Positions 1 to 12,619 of a stretch of 64,000 nt of DNA are shown in pieces. The notes below the pieces were generated by a model, which ran no database searches, had not been told where the DNA came from, and saw nothing but the letters and a program-made list of their open reading frames with translations. Position numbers and translations under genes: made by a program. Each line of letters starts with the position of its first letter. The first letter of the stretch is position 1. This DNA comes from Balanoglossus misakiensis (taxonomy: Eukaryota; Animalia; Hemichordata): contig CM082578.2 of assembly GCA_040954595.2 (NCBI GenBank), forward strand, positions 5,066,831 to 5,130,830, given 5' to 3'.

Positions 1-124
1 TAGATTTCTTTATTGCAACGATATACTATTATATACTTCAATAATACTTTAAGAAATGTATAATTGGGGTGTCAGGAGCCTCATTCCCTTTATTGCATAC
101 AGTGTACATAGGATCAGGACGGCG

Positions 125-284
125 AATGTTTTCGGCGTGGGGGGGGTCATCATATTTTTTGGTCTGTCAAAAGGGGGGTCATCATTTTTTGGTCCTGGGT
201 GAAGGGGGGGGTCTGCCTGATTTTGAGAACCGATGACACAAACTTGCCGCCCCCCCCCCCCTGCCGTAAAAACTGAACGGTCCC
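125..284. mobile_element. Harbinger-type MITE remnant
   Basis: Right end CCCCCTGCCGTAAAAACTGAACGGTCCC followed by TAA, with internal GGGGGGTCATCATATTTTTTGGTC repeats. The left TIR is degenerate. Confidence 0.55.
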
Positions 285-846
285 TAACAATTTGAAATTA
301 TATTTCGGTCATTCTTTATATTTGACGAGGAAATATGATCTCTGTGAACACTTATTGTATAACTACATTGTAGAAATCATATGATCATTTTTTTCTTTTT
401 TAAGCATTTTAGCGTTTCCTTTCGTTTTTTAAATACCAGCAATGGTTACCAAGGATGCTTACGTCGTCGGAGGAACAACTGTCTGTAAGTGGTGAAGAAG
501 ACGTGGTCGACTCCAGACATCGTCGAAAATGTCGCGTGTCCTTGCCAATTAACCAGTCATACATAGATTACGCCTGTGATTCGAGCGAGCGTTATAGACC
601 GTGACAGCGTACTTCGTGTGGGTCAGTCTAGTAAGTTGACGCGATTTTTACAGCCATTCCTCGACCTTCAATCAAACGTAGTGACCCAGTTTCACGCCTT
701 ACACATTTTACTCATACACCGAAATCGTTGAGATCACTATGAAAGCGCATGCGGTGCGCTGCGATGAAGGAAAAGTGACCTTAAATTCAGTGTCATTCAT
801 CTTTGCCCGAAATGCTCGAGCAATGAGAAGTTGGCATCTCTTGTGA

Positions 847-948
847 GTCTTAGTCTCTTATTCAACTGTACTACTTGTTAGTCTTAGTCTCTTATTCAAC
901 TGTACTACTTGTTAGTCTTAGTCTCTTATTCAACTGTACTACTTGTTA
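847..948. repeat. Perfect tandem repeat, 3 x 34 bp (GTCTTAGTCTCTTATTCAACTGTACTACTTGTTA)
   Basis: Three identical head-to-tail units at 847, 881 and 915, with no spacers. Confidence 0.95.
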
Positions 949-2783
949 TAGTGTTGTTAATCATTTGACAGGGTGACAAGTTGCAACTTATCCAGTACCA
1001 ACATTTGTTACCGACAAACGGACACTCTACCTGAACGTGCACACCCTGACCCATTACTTTACGTTTATCTTCGTCCAATAGCAACGGCTGTTATATGGTG
1101 ACCTGTTTTTGTGATAGATTTAAGTGGCGACAACTTTTCCTAATGGTATTAAAAAGACTTGTATTCAAATAAAACATTCCCATTCTTTTTATCCGACAAG
1201 TTGCCGTACCCCAGCCTAGTATTTATCCTCCCTTTTATTATTGTCTCTGCAAAAGAACTGAGTGACTACGGTCGCGCATTGAACTTGCAATTTCTTGATA
1301 CGCCTGATTAGAAGCCGGATTTTGTCACTGGTGTCATATTTAGGCCTTACGTAGTAATCATGGATTGTTTGCGTTCATTTGGAAATCGAATTAGTCCTGC
1401 ATTCAATGTAATACACTCACGCAATGTTAGAATCAGGCAACAGAGAACAAGTTTACAAACCATGCATACGATTGATGGTACATTGTATGCGTACAGACAA
1501 ACAGACATACAGACACAGGCAGACAGACAGACGAACAACGTCCAAATCTCTGAACGAGGTCTTATTTTTGAGCGATTCACACTGGACTCTTTTCGTGCAG
1601 CCAAAGTCGGTACAAATAAAATGAATAATGACTCGACACACTTTTTATCAAATTGCAAGGGCTATTTATTCTAAAGACGATACTTCGAAGAGATATGCAA
1701 ATATATGCCGATATAAATATATTTAAATATGGACATTTAAATGTTGTCAAGTAAAGGTATGTTCTGCCAGTTCAACAACAACAAAGTCCACAAAATCTTA
1801 AAATGTCACTAGAACTTCTCAACAGTTTGACAAAGTATCTTATGGGTTTAAAGTCAAATAACTGAAAGAATCCAGAATACAATGCTGGGAAAGTAAGTCG
1901 TGAACGTCGATTTAATGCAGTATTTGCTCTGCGTACATGCAGGGAGTATTTGAGGAAATAAATGTGACACACAAATTTACAATAAATCTATTGCATACCA
2001 TTATGTGGATGCAATGTCAGGACGAAGGACATCGTTGGTGGCGCTTTACTTACGTTGTCGTTTGACTCTTCTAACATTTTTAAGGGGCAATTGTGGGCGA
2101 GATATACGAGGGGGGGGGGGGTAAATAAATCTCCATAGACGTAGCATATTCACGGCGGCAGGGCTTTAGAAAGCTGTGAATGAATATTGCCGGGATTGCC
2201 TAAACCATTAAGAAGAATGATATCGTATCTATTTCCTAAATAACACTGCAATCTGGGGATATATCGTGGATAAAAAAAAAATATCATTTTTAAGTGTACG
2301 TAATGAAAGTGCGAGGTGTGCTATACCAAAGTCCGAAATTTCGAGGACATCGATGTAAATTTTTGGCGGCTGAAACCTTATCTATCGCCCTCCTGGCCAA
2401 CGACACCAACGGCATCACGTTCGCGCCAAATTTGACTTGAGACAGCATAGTTTGGCTAAGAAATTTGTGTCGGTTGCAAATATTTTTTGATTATTTTAAA
2501 TTTCTGTGCTCGGTTGGAACTTAAATTTAGTGTTGGTTGGGCCGCGAGTAACACAGGGGAAATTCACACCCCAAAATCATGTTTGACCGTCGGCACTTGT
2601 GCCAGATACTGGATTCATTATTGCTACACATCTTGGTTAGGCTAATATATATGCAGTGTACAAGTCGATGATTGGCCTTGTAATAAGAGAACTTTCCACA
2701 AGACATACGGTTAGATCAAATGGCCGCGTCATTTTACGTCATTACCGGTTTAAATGTGTATGGACGTCATATCAAACTTTTAA

Positions 2784-2860
2784 AAGTATACGGTCACCTG
2801 TGGCTATAGTTACAAATTGAGATCTAGTCTCAAGAGGAGTGCGAAAGTATGCATTTTTGT
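2784..2860 (+). mobile_element. Diverged 5' fragment of the same TTAA-MITE family
   Basis: TTAA-AAGTATACGGTCACC...TATAGTTACAAATTGAGATCTAG matches the start of the 57374 copy. The right end was not found. Confidence 0.6.
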
Positions 2861-5800
2861 AATAAGTCGGTTATGTCGTAGATTTCTGCCCTGTCACCCA
2901 AGACAGCCATGCCGTTACACCAATCCGGCCGTACGGCTGTCAAGTCAGTGGGCGGGGTAACAAACATAGCTTAGTACTTATAAGGATCGTAGGGGTAGTG
3001 CAGCACAGTCGCATAGCCGAGCACACTCGAGCAATTAGAAGCCAAGCCCCGGTCAAGTGGACCCTGCATATAATTTAACTCATTTATTGATCTAGTTTTG
3101 AAAACGTGGAAATTATGAACACTGTCACACATCCTACGATGCTGTGTAATCTCAACCAGACTTGTTTTCACCCAACCATTCATCGCAGTCATTGGTATTG
3201 GCCCGTCATCACCTGGAGTTCTTTTCGAGTCTATATTGCCAATGTTTCATCTAGCCACGTGTGAATATCCAACCAGTAATTGTTGGTTGGGAGATTTCAG
3301 GGTTTATACATGTAGGTCGAGAACCATGTATTTATTTCAATTTACGTTTGAAATCTATATACACATGTTGACGTATTTATTTTGCCAAATCTGCCACATG
3401 CAGGTGGAATGGCCAGTTTGTGTGAAAATTGTGTTTGCGTTGCAATATACCAGTAATAAGTCATGATTTTTGGAATTACATTTGAGCCATATTTATATAA
3501 TCATCCCAAGTTACTTATTTCGAACTACATTTTTATGATACCAGTAATTTTGTTTTGCAGACTGACCCCCGGGCCCCCCTTCTCGGTCTTTCAATCTCAT
3601 GGTGACGTCACACAACCGCATCTTTTCGCGGCCTCATTGCAGAATTTCATGTTTATCGTAAACCACTGAAAGTATTTAGGTCGGTATTTAACCCTACAAC
3701 AAGGAAGAGCTATAATGATGTCCAATGCAGAATCTGTATATCAGAATGGGAAACCTTTCGATGGCCATAAATGGACATAAGGGGACATGGGGTAAACAAT
3801 TCTGCTCCTAAATAGTGAGGTACCATTGGGTGCCATAACTGAAACTAGAAGTCCGTGACACAACCGCAGCAGTTAGCATTACCTCAAATAAAACCGGGAA
3901 CGGGGGGGGGCAGTCTGCAAAACAAAATTAAGTGTAGTTCTGCCCCTTATGGAAGTGTCAAAAGTGCACATGTTAATACAGTCCATACAATGAAAGGCTT
4001 GCACGAGTAGGCTGAAATTTCGCTAAATGGCGTTGAATGTGCCACATTTTATTAAAGGTTCCAGTTCGAGACTCATACAATGTTATTGCCAAGCGCCCCT
4101 TTGTCTACATAACTCAAGAGTTTTAATTAGCCCCACACCTTTACAATGATTGTGTTTGATGGTACTTAAGAAATAGCATAAAATGCAGTCGTGACGTAAC
4201 AAACAACGTCATGTTCAATATAAGGAAACTATCGAAAGACAGTGCGGTATGAGAATGAATGGCCGTTCCCGTCTACACCCTACATACACGTAATGTATAC
4301 TAATTCCCGTAAACTAACATAAAAACTGTACAAACTTCACAATGTTACAGCATGACTAATCACGTGGCATCGTCGATCTGCAGCTATTTACGACGAAGAA
4401 AATCGAAGTGACGCTACTCAACAGTCTGAACGTTTGACATCAAACGTCTACAAGTTGTCCATCCATATTTTGCAAGTGACAGGGACATCATTCTGATTGG
4501 TCACATAGTCACGTGTCTACTCAACGCCACCCCACCTCAATCGTGCCGTCCAACTGCATGGGTGTGCGCGCGCAGATTCTGCGCGGCGTTAGGTGGCCAT
4601 TGGTACTGCTGGACGATTTCTTGAAGGTGAGAACTTCCAATGTCCCTACACTAAGCCCTGTCGATTTAGGTCGGCGTGACTCATGGCTGGGGTGATTACT
4701 ATAAAACATATAACGATATATACATTGTACAATACTCACGCGTTATATTTATATACAAAGCAAAAAAAATGAGGTTGGTGTAATCGGTGAAAGCTACAGT
4801 GAGCGCTTTGCAGTGGCAGCTATTCAACACAAAACCACGACCTCAGGAAGAAGAATTCGAGTCCAACAGAGCGCTGTAAAAGCCGAAATAGGCCGCCGAC
4901 ATCGGATTTAAGCTAGAACGTCTCTATTTTTGGCACTGGATTGCGAACTTTTAGCTACATCAAATATTAAATAAACTGTCTATTCAAATATTCAACGACT
5001 ATATTCTGAAAGAAAGATGAACGAATCTCTCCGATAAGTGACCGCAAATATATAATTGGTCGACCACCAAACATGGCGGCAGAATTGGGTTTGGGTGAGA
5101 CTTTCACGCTAAACTGTGCCAGACTCTTCTGCTCTGGGCATCTACACTATAACTACGCTCGGTGTGTCGGGTAAACGAACGATATGAAATGTCCACCGTG
5201 TTTGGCAGCCTCACTCATAGAGAATTAAACCAAGCTATGCAGAATCTCGATATAATTTGCTGGGATTATTACGGAAATAAAATGTCTAGGCGCCCTTTTT
5301 GGTGGTACTTTCTTGAGACTAGACGAATTCCCCAAAGTCGAACGGTTCATCAACGAAATAGCCGCCATCGAACCAATCCTTGTCGCCCTCTTCGGTTATC
5401 GATTCAGCTGTGGAATAAAAAGGAAATTTGAAAGGCGTTGAGAGTCGCTGTTGGTAAAATGAGCAGTTCTGCGCATCGGTCTGATAATCTGGGGGATATT
5501 AGTAGTTGGTGGCTGCTCATCACAGCTTCCACGCCTTACAGCGGTCTTTGTGCCACAGGCATTTCTCCCCAGTCTTGGCGTCGTTTTGCACTATAGTCGT
5601 TTATTGCATTGCAATAGCGAAGAATATTTATCTACATCAAGCAATGAGCAGTGCTGCGCGTTTAGGTAAAACTGACTGTGCGATTTTTTCTATCGGGATT
5701 TTTAACTCCTTGCCAGCCTATTTTTCAAACTTTCAACTGGACACAAAACATATACAGTGCAGTAATGGCGGGTCGCGGTCATGTACAAACAAGTTGATGG

Positions 5801-8758
5801 AAACCAATCGAGACTACATGTGTATAGAGGCTACTTACCATCGCCTGACGTTGAAACCACTTTGCACGTGGCTGACACACAACTGTAAAGTGGTCCGCAC
5901 AAATAACAATCTGCATCATCAAAACAACGCACGTGCTCTCTGTCACATTTCTGCTCTAGAATCTGAAAAAAATACAAGACAATACAACGTCACATGATTG
6001 TGTGTTTAATTGGTGATATTTTCGTTGTTGATACTGTACTGAGTAATCATTAACACATAAAAGTCCATTGGCTGCTATTTCCCGCGTTTTTTTTTCACTT
6101 TTTGTTATCTTTACCAAATAAAGTTTCCTGTTCTTCCGCCTTTTAATAGGATGGAAAAATGCAAAGTTTCTGAATTTATATCCGGACTCCAATCCAACTT
6201 TAAACACGTTGACTACACACTTATTGGTAGTGTATATAAAAACAAGCAACTACAGTAGACAAACAGTAAAGTTCTACTCTATCGAACTTGGGAATCTAAT
6301 GAGTTCTTTTGCACAGAATAAGTCGCAAATGTCAGCGCACGTTTGTCGCTTTTAACGACTCTAAGCATCACATTCTGGAAGTCACATGCTTTTGGAACCC
6401 TTTACTTATCATCCTATCCCTGCGGCTGTGTGTTTCAATACAAGTCTCGTGATACACATAAACTGGCAGAGAAGCCTTTGTTATCAAATCTAGATTTACG
6501 CATGGGCTTTTTACGGTGTATATACTTGTGTTATCACGCCTGGAACTGCGCGTGCGCGGTCGTGATGCCCTGGACGCGTGTCCTCGCCCGCGTTATCGAA
6601 ACCACTGTGGCATTAGTCGCAGTGAACGAATCACCTACTTTCCGAAGTTTGATCGAGACTGGGTTGCTATCGTGGCGATGGGAGTGAATAATCAACAAAC
6701 AGGGGCAAACAAATGAGAAAAGGGCGAGGATACAGCCAGATGACTGACTGTTGGTGTTCATTTGCTGCGAAGCCGAGTGCGTATAATCTAATATCATAAT
6801 CTATCGGGTCATCTTTTGAAGACTTATAAGATGGGGAATTTGTCGTAAAAAAGCTAAAGAGTACTATCGCGGATCGACCATGTTGATGACGAGACCCTGT
6901 CGAAAGATGACTTTTTATCTGTTGAGTTACAAGCAAGATAACAACCTTATGCAGCATTAAATCTGCACTGCTTGCGGACTTCTTCTCAAATAGCGACGGG
7001 AATCGAATCGTCTCTGCGCAGAGCGTGTCATATTTCGCCTCAGTGCGAGTTTTTAAGACAAATTTATTTCTCAAAATAAAAAATACATGCACACGCTATG
7101 ATGCTTCATGCACAAAACGCCTTCTGTACTTCTGTACGGTGATTTGAAGTAATGGGTAAATCCATGGACTACTATGTGATACTACAGCTTCGGTTACGTC
7201 ATAGAGTAGATCAAACGCAAAACACTACTATAGGCCTAATACCAATACTGTTAAGGCCCACTTTATTTGCTTTTCCTGTGTCCGGCAGATCTCGCTCTGT
7301 TCATCGAAGGAAAATTGGCTTCAATACACAACAGTCAATTTGCCCGTACTTGGAGTGCATCGCACAATTTCGCTTCATTCCCGGATAGTTGTTAATAATG
7401 TCAACGATCTCCAAGCACCGGCGCAGAGTACGACGGAATGTGGCCATATTAGAAATCGCTGCCAACCAAGAAAGGTATCATTAGCCGAAATTCGATTTTT
7501 TCTAAATTATATGTGAACATAGTCCGATGACGTCAAACTGTGGGCTGTGACGTGGACAGCGGTAAATTGGTTTTTCCTCGGGGGAAAATGACAAACTGGC
7601 TCCGCTGAGCGATATCTTGTCTTGCCAGTTCCGACCACTTGTCTTGCGTCGTCTCCTTGATTAATTACTTCGACACGGAAATGCAGCGGTGTCATGCTCA
7701 AATGATGGGGTAATTTCGAATGCCATTTGGGTTGGCTATGATAAATTGCTGCCAATATTAGTAATATCCACAAAGAAATATATAAGCTTTCGCAGCGCTG
7801 CTCGCCTACGTGCACGCGGTGGGATGTCTGACAACGCACATCGACCTGAGTGTTACATGATTACAAAATATCTGACTCGGTTGTGTTTAAGGTGGTGGTC
7901 GTTGCCATCGTGCATATTGATTGAACTGTACTGCAGTTTTCACTTTCTGACGTCTTTTTGGAGGAAGTAACCATAGTAACAAACAGGTTAACAATTAGTT
8001 TATAACCGGTGAGGATTTCCGAACGTTACCGAATTCAAAATGGGTTATTCGGGTTAGATGACTCCCCCAGAGAGGGGGAAGGGGTGATTCTGGGACAAGG
8101 TAGGGGGAGGAACCTCGTGTTGAAAATAGCGCCGATTGCAGAGTGATCTCTGTTTTCAAAATGGGGGACACTCGCATCTAGTTAGCGAACACATTCACTC
8201 ACTCACTCACCAACACACCCACCCACCCACCCACCCACCCAGAGTAACGTCAAAGTTATTAAATTTCTTTACCCCTACTACTTATTACATCAGACTTGTT
8301 TTCTCTAGAGTTAGTTTCAAATTAGATGTACACACAGGCAATCACTTTCTATCTAGGTGTACTGTATCGAATCAAGAGAAAACGCGGCTGCCAAATAGGC
8401 GGATTACTTTTTAAGCTTAAATATGAAAGCCTAAATCAGACGTTTACATGATAGTTCACTATCTGCTTATATGAAGAGCTTGCGTGGCTGTTATTGTAAA
8501 AGGGGCAAAGTCGCTCACTTTGACGTCGATTTTCTGTTGAGAGATTATTTCTGATCTCTGAAACTTGCTCTATGGCCGGTTGACAAAGCTCACCTCACAT
8601 CCCCAAACAATGAAAATGTCCATCGTTTAGTTTCTGTTCAATGTCTCGTGTTATAACTATACATTTTGCACTGTGACCCATCCCTCTGATCTAAGCAATA
8701 TGTCCTTCTTATTGACTACAAGATTTTGGCCGCTCGTTCAGATTTCAAACTGTGTGTT

Positions 8759-8876
8759 CCTTCAGTATTTACGAGGGGGTGGGCCGGGGGAATCAGGGGG
8801 AGGGTCACATTTTACAGTTCAGTTGTACGATGAATCCCCCGGCCCACCCCACCCCTTGTAATTACTGAAGGCTCCC
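8759..8876. mobile_element. Short, internally deleted Harbinger-type MITE
   Basis: Inverted arms CCTTCAGTATTTACGAGGGGGTGGGCCGGGGGA / TCCCCCGGCCCACCCCACCCCTTGTAATTACTGAAGGCTCCC. The left terminus is eroded. Confidence 0.6.
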
Positions 8877-10594
8877 TCATTCCAGTTCGAAAGAGAAGAC
8901 CGCCGCCAATAATGGTTCAAGCCGTTCTTCATATCGCACCTGTGTCTGTTTCCTGGGACAGGAAAACAATCTGAGATTAATGGCCGAGTAACAGTACCTC
9001 ACGCGGCAAACTATCGCACTTCTTACTGTTTCAAATTAAGCCAATTCAGTTGGGGTTTTCTGGAAAATTGAAATTCTACGAAAAAAGCCAAAATCACTGA
9101 AAACGACCGAAATTGCACCCACTTTCAATCTGAAAATCGGACCAGAGCGGATAAGGCCTGATGTCGTCTGAAGGAAAAGTGCACGGTTTTGCTATTAGCT
9201 TTGAAAAGCTCCCTTGGGCCTCATCGTCATCATTGCGATATTACAAGTCTGGCGAGTGAGTGCAATCGCTATATAGAAGTCGAGATGCTTGCCGCAAAAC
9301 CAATAAGTTTAAAACGGCAATGCTTGTTACGGCAAATGACGATGACTTTTACAAGAAACGCTACCCATTTTATCAATTACTTTATGTCACTACACGAACA
9401 AAAACGATGCGGCGCTGTGCTTATTAAAGCTAATAATACATATGATATGTCACAATAACTTTCACGCACAGAACAGCATGTCGCCATGTACGCCTGGCAC
9501 AGTAAACATTACGTCATAGAACACCTGTCGGCTGTTACACAAGCATTGCCTCACCACACTTGTTCAACTTGAAGCACACACTACGTCATAAATGCCTGTT
9601 GTCAAGGAGACGACATATACTTGTTGCACCTGTTCAAGATGGCGCGACGTCACGAGGCTTGCCGTAAGTAAACTTTGCATCAGTAAACGCCACGTCACCC
9701 TATCTTCGATTCTTTCTTCAGAACTTCTTCAGGCCTGAAGCAAAGCGCTTAGAGGTCCTTAAAATATCAAACTAATATAGCAACACCTGTTTAAATAAGA
9801 CAATTTAAAATGCAATTTTGGAAAAAAGTTCAGGTGTACACTGTCAAACTAGAAAATAGTATATGCAGTAACCGTATTCGTGTATTCAAATGTACTAAAC
9901 CGTTCCACATTCTGCACGTTGCACAGATGAGGGATGAAGTTTGTTGTGTACTTTGGTTATTTGCTCCTGAGTCGCGAGTGCTTTCACAAAATCACAACGG
10001 CTCCATTCGTAAGATTGGGAGCTTATTTTGCAAACGTTTTGCAGAGTCTTCCTACGTCTGCAATGCTTAAACAGGAACGTAACTAAATAATCGAAGTCAA
10101 TTTGGGAAAACAACGGAAATTTACCTTGATTTATTCCGTACAAAGCACACTATAGATGATCGCATTTCCTTAAATATCCAATATAATCTAATTCTGACGC
10201 CTTTATTCTTGTGCGTGTCCCCGCGTCTACGACATCAGCCGGTAAAATGGCAAACAAGTTTACAATGCCTTCATTAAGATCTACGCTTCGCCCTGACAAC
10301 GCTCATAAGCTGGCAGGATACAGGAAGGTTTTCATTCAAGCATAATTGACAGTTGTCGGGCAAAAATCAAAACGTGATATTTCAAAGAAAAAGCTGAGGG
10401 GAATTTTACACGCCGCGAAATCGGCGAAGGAACAAAAAGAAACAGAGCCCATCAGCTCTAATTGAGGACTGTAACTGGATTGTGCTGTGAACGCATTTCC
10501 GTGTCATGATAACATGTAAGCAAGTTTGCGGTTGGTGAACGATATTTTTGTGACGTAGGCATGACGTTTCGTTTTGGAAGTACGTGTAGTTTCT

Positions 10595-10703
10595 TTTCCT
10601 CTTCCTCCCTCCCTCCCTCCTTCCCTCCATCCCTCCCTCCCCCTCCCCGCCCCCTGTCCTTCCCTCCCCTCTGTCTCTGCCTCTGTCTGTCTCCCTGTCT
10701 CTG
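10595..10703. repeat. Polypyrimidine low-complexity tract (CCCT / CTCTGT)
   Basis: Direct reading. Confidence 0.85.
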
Positions 10704-12610
10704 CATCTATATTTCTAGGGCTTTATCAAACACGACCGCATGCTCGGTTCCCATGCATCTGGTTATAGCGTTTATATTTACTTTTCAGAAATGTTTCTAT
10801 ATGAGGAATGGGCAACCTGTTTATCTGTTGTTGTTTTTCTCCGTGATAAGACTATAGAAGGCAAGTTCGTATTGCAACAATTCCTTCATGAGAAACGTAA
10901 CTGTTGACGATTGATCTCAACAGTCGCCTCTTTGAGTCGGCAGAAGTCATCACGTTTCCCGCCTCTTCTTTTGGCGGGATTTATCGTTCGTCAGATTATA
11001 CAGACGACAGTGTATCCCAAGGACACCAATTTCCGTCATTATTACTTTACGATATTGATTCAATAACCTATGCATGGGGGACTAAGCGCTCATTCCTGCG
11101 CCACATGATTCCTGGGGATAATGCGACACCTGGGAGTTTCAAACAAGGCGATTGCACAGTGAAAAGTGTGAAATTTTCTCTTAATACTTCCTGGGGTTAG
11201 AAAAAGTTGCCGTGAAATTAGAGAAGAGATACAGAATTTGATTCTGTATTAATGCGAAATTGAACAAGATTATAAAGAGCATGGTTGGGAACTGCCAAGA
11301 AGAAAATATTCGCATGTTTCTCAACACTTTATTTATTGAGATATCCATTAAACCAATAAAAGTGTTCTAAAACGCTGTCTGTAAGGGCGAGGTCGGCAAT
11401 CGAGTCGAGAGACACAGCAAGACGCACGTCTTTGACTGGGTCACCGTCTGCACATGCGCGTTGCTTGACACAACATTACCGGAGATGTGAGGTATCGTTT
11501 AAATTTCAATTGAACATTTCATGACGACAGGATATTTCCAAATTTTGGAGGCGACTTGATAAATTCTTTTCTTTCCAGAGATAACACAATATTTACAATT
11601 TTAAAAGCGCCAAGCGATGTTCAATACGCCCTATCATGGTCGGATAGCGTCATGTTTAATGAAGGAACGGGCACAATTCTGGCTGCCTTAAATAGGTTTT
11701 CACTTTGTGTTATAGGGGGTCAAATCACATTATAATAATTGCATTCTGGGTAAAAAGTCGACAACTCACTGTAGTAAGAGAAGAAATGATATGTTTACTG
11801 TATTTCATGATTTCCTTTGGTCAAACATTTCTGCCTTTGTAGTTGACATAACAAGGTAATCAACTTTTTTCACTTTTTTTTATTTTTGTCTGTTACAAAG
11901 TATCAGAATGACTGAATATCACTTTAGCTTATGAACTCCCATTTCTCAAACATGGCAAAAATCGGCCATCTTGAAATTATGTCGGCCATGTGAGATTTCT
12001 ATCACTTACCTAAGTAGCAAAACCCTATTTAAGGTAGGGAGAATTAAAGTACATGTAGTCGGTAATACCATGCATAGTGTACACTGAAGTACAATGTAAG
12101 CAAGACTATTGACTAGCATCACAAAATCGCGTCAAGATACACGCTTATACATTGGATACAATGTAGTTACCAGCTTGCATTTGAATTCAGCTCCGGCAAT
12201 ATCCTCATCTCGATTTGATTTTCCCCTCAAAGCGCCGTTCGACCATGATGCATGATGCGTGACTCGGGCACCACAGGTATATAATACCACGAGATTACAA
12301 TACGCAGTGAAACGTATCTCACATGGGGTAATGCTTCGTAGGAATGCTGATCGAAACGGGCGATTATGTCACTGATAGATATACCGCCAAGAATACATCG
12401 TTGTTCCACTCTTTCCGATTGTTGACTTCATAATCATTATTGTCCTCAACTGGGAAAAAGTCTGTTTGCATTCTAAATTAGGTTATTGAGTGATGCTGAC
12501 TTCTTATTGATCAGAGTGAAATACCGACGCGTGCAATGAGAATGTATGTTCAATCAACTGATATGAACGACATATTATTTCGTTTTTCATCTGAACGTCC
12601 GAGGCAAAAT

Positions 12611-12619
12611 TCAGTTATT
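12611..12619 (-). CDS. Probable last coding exon of the secreted protein (AAT AAC TGA = NN*), followed by the 3' UTR
   Basis: Very strong minus-strand acceptor TTTTTTCTCCTTTGTCATTTCCCTGACAG| at 12620. A phase-0 join gives ...YRGAVEQNN*, 221 aa in total. Minus-strand AATAAA motifs lie downstream near 11880 and 11330. The join is inferred, with no transcript evidence. Confidence 0.5.
   Translation of the reverse strand, partial: NN

Noticed and set aside
847-948. CRISPR-like 34-bp repeats
   Set aside because: Units are directly adjacent with no spacers, there are no cas genes, and the context is eukaryotic.
4513-4739. GC-rich patch with ORFs on both strands and a plus-strand donor AAG|GTGAGA
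   Set aside because: No partner exon or homology found. More likely regulatory or repeat-derived.
5506-7092. Cluster of 66-163 aa ORFs
   Set aside because: Non-ATG starts, mutually overlapping, no family motifs.
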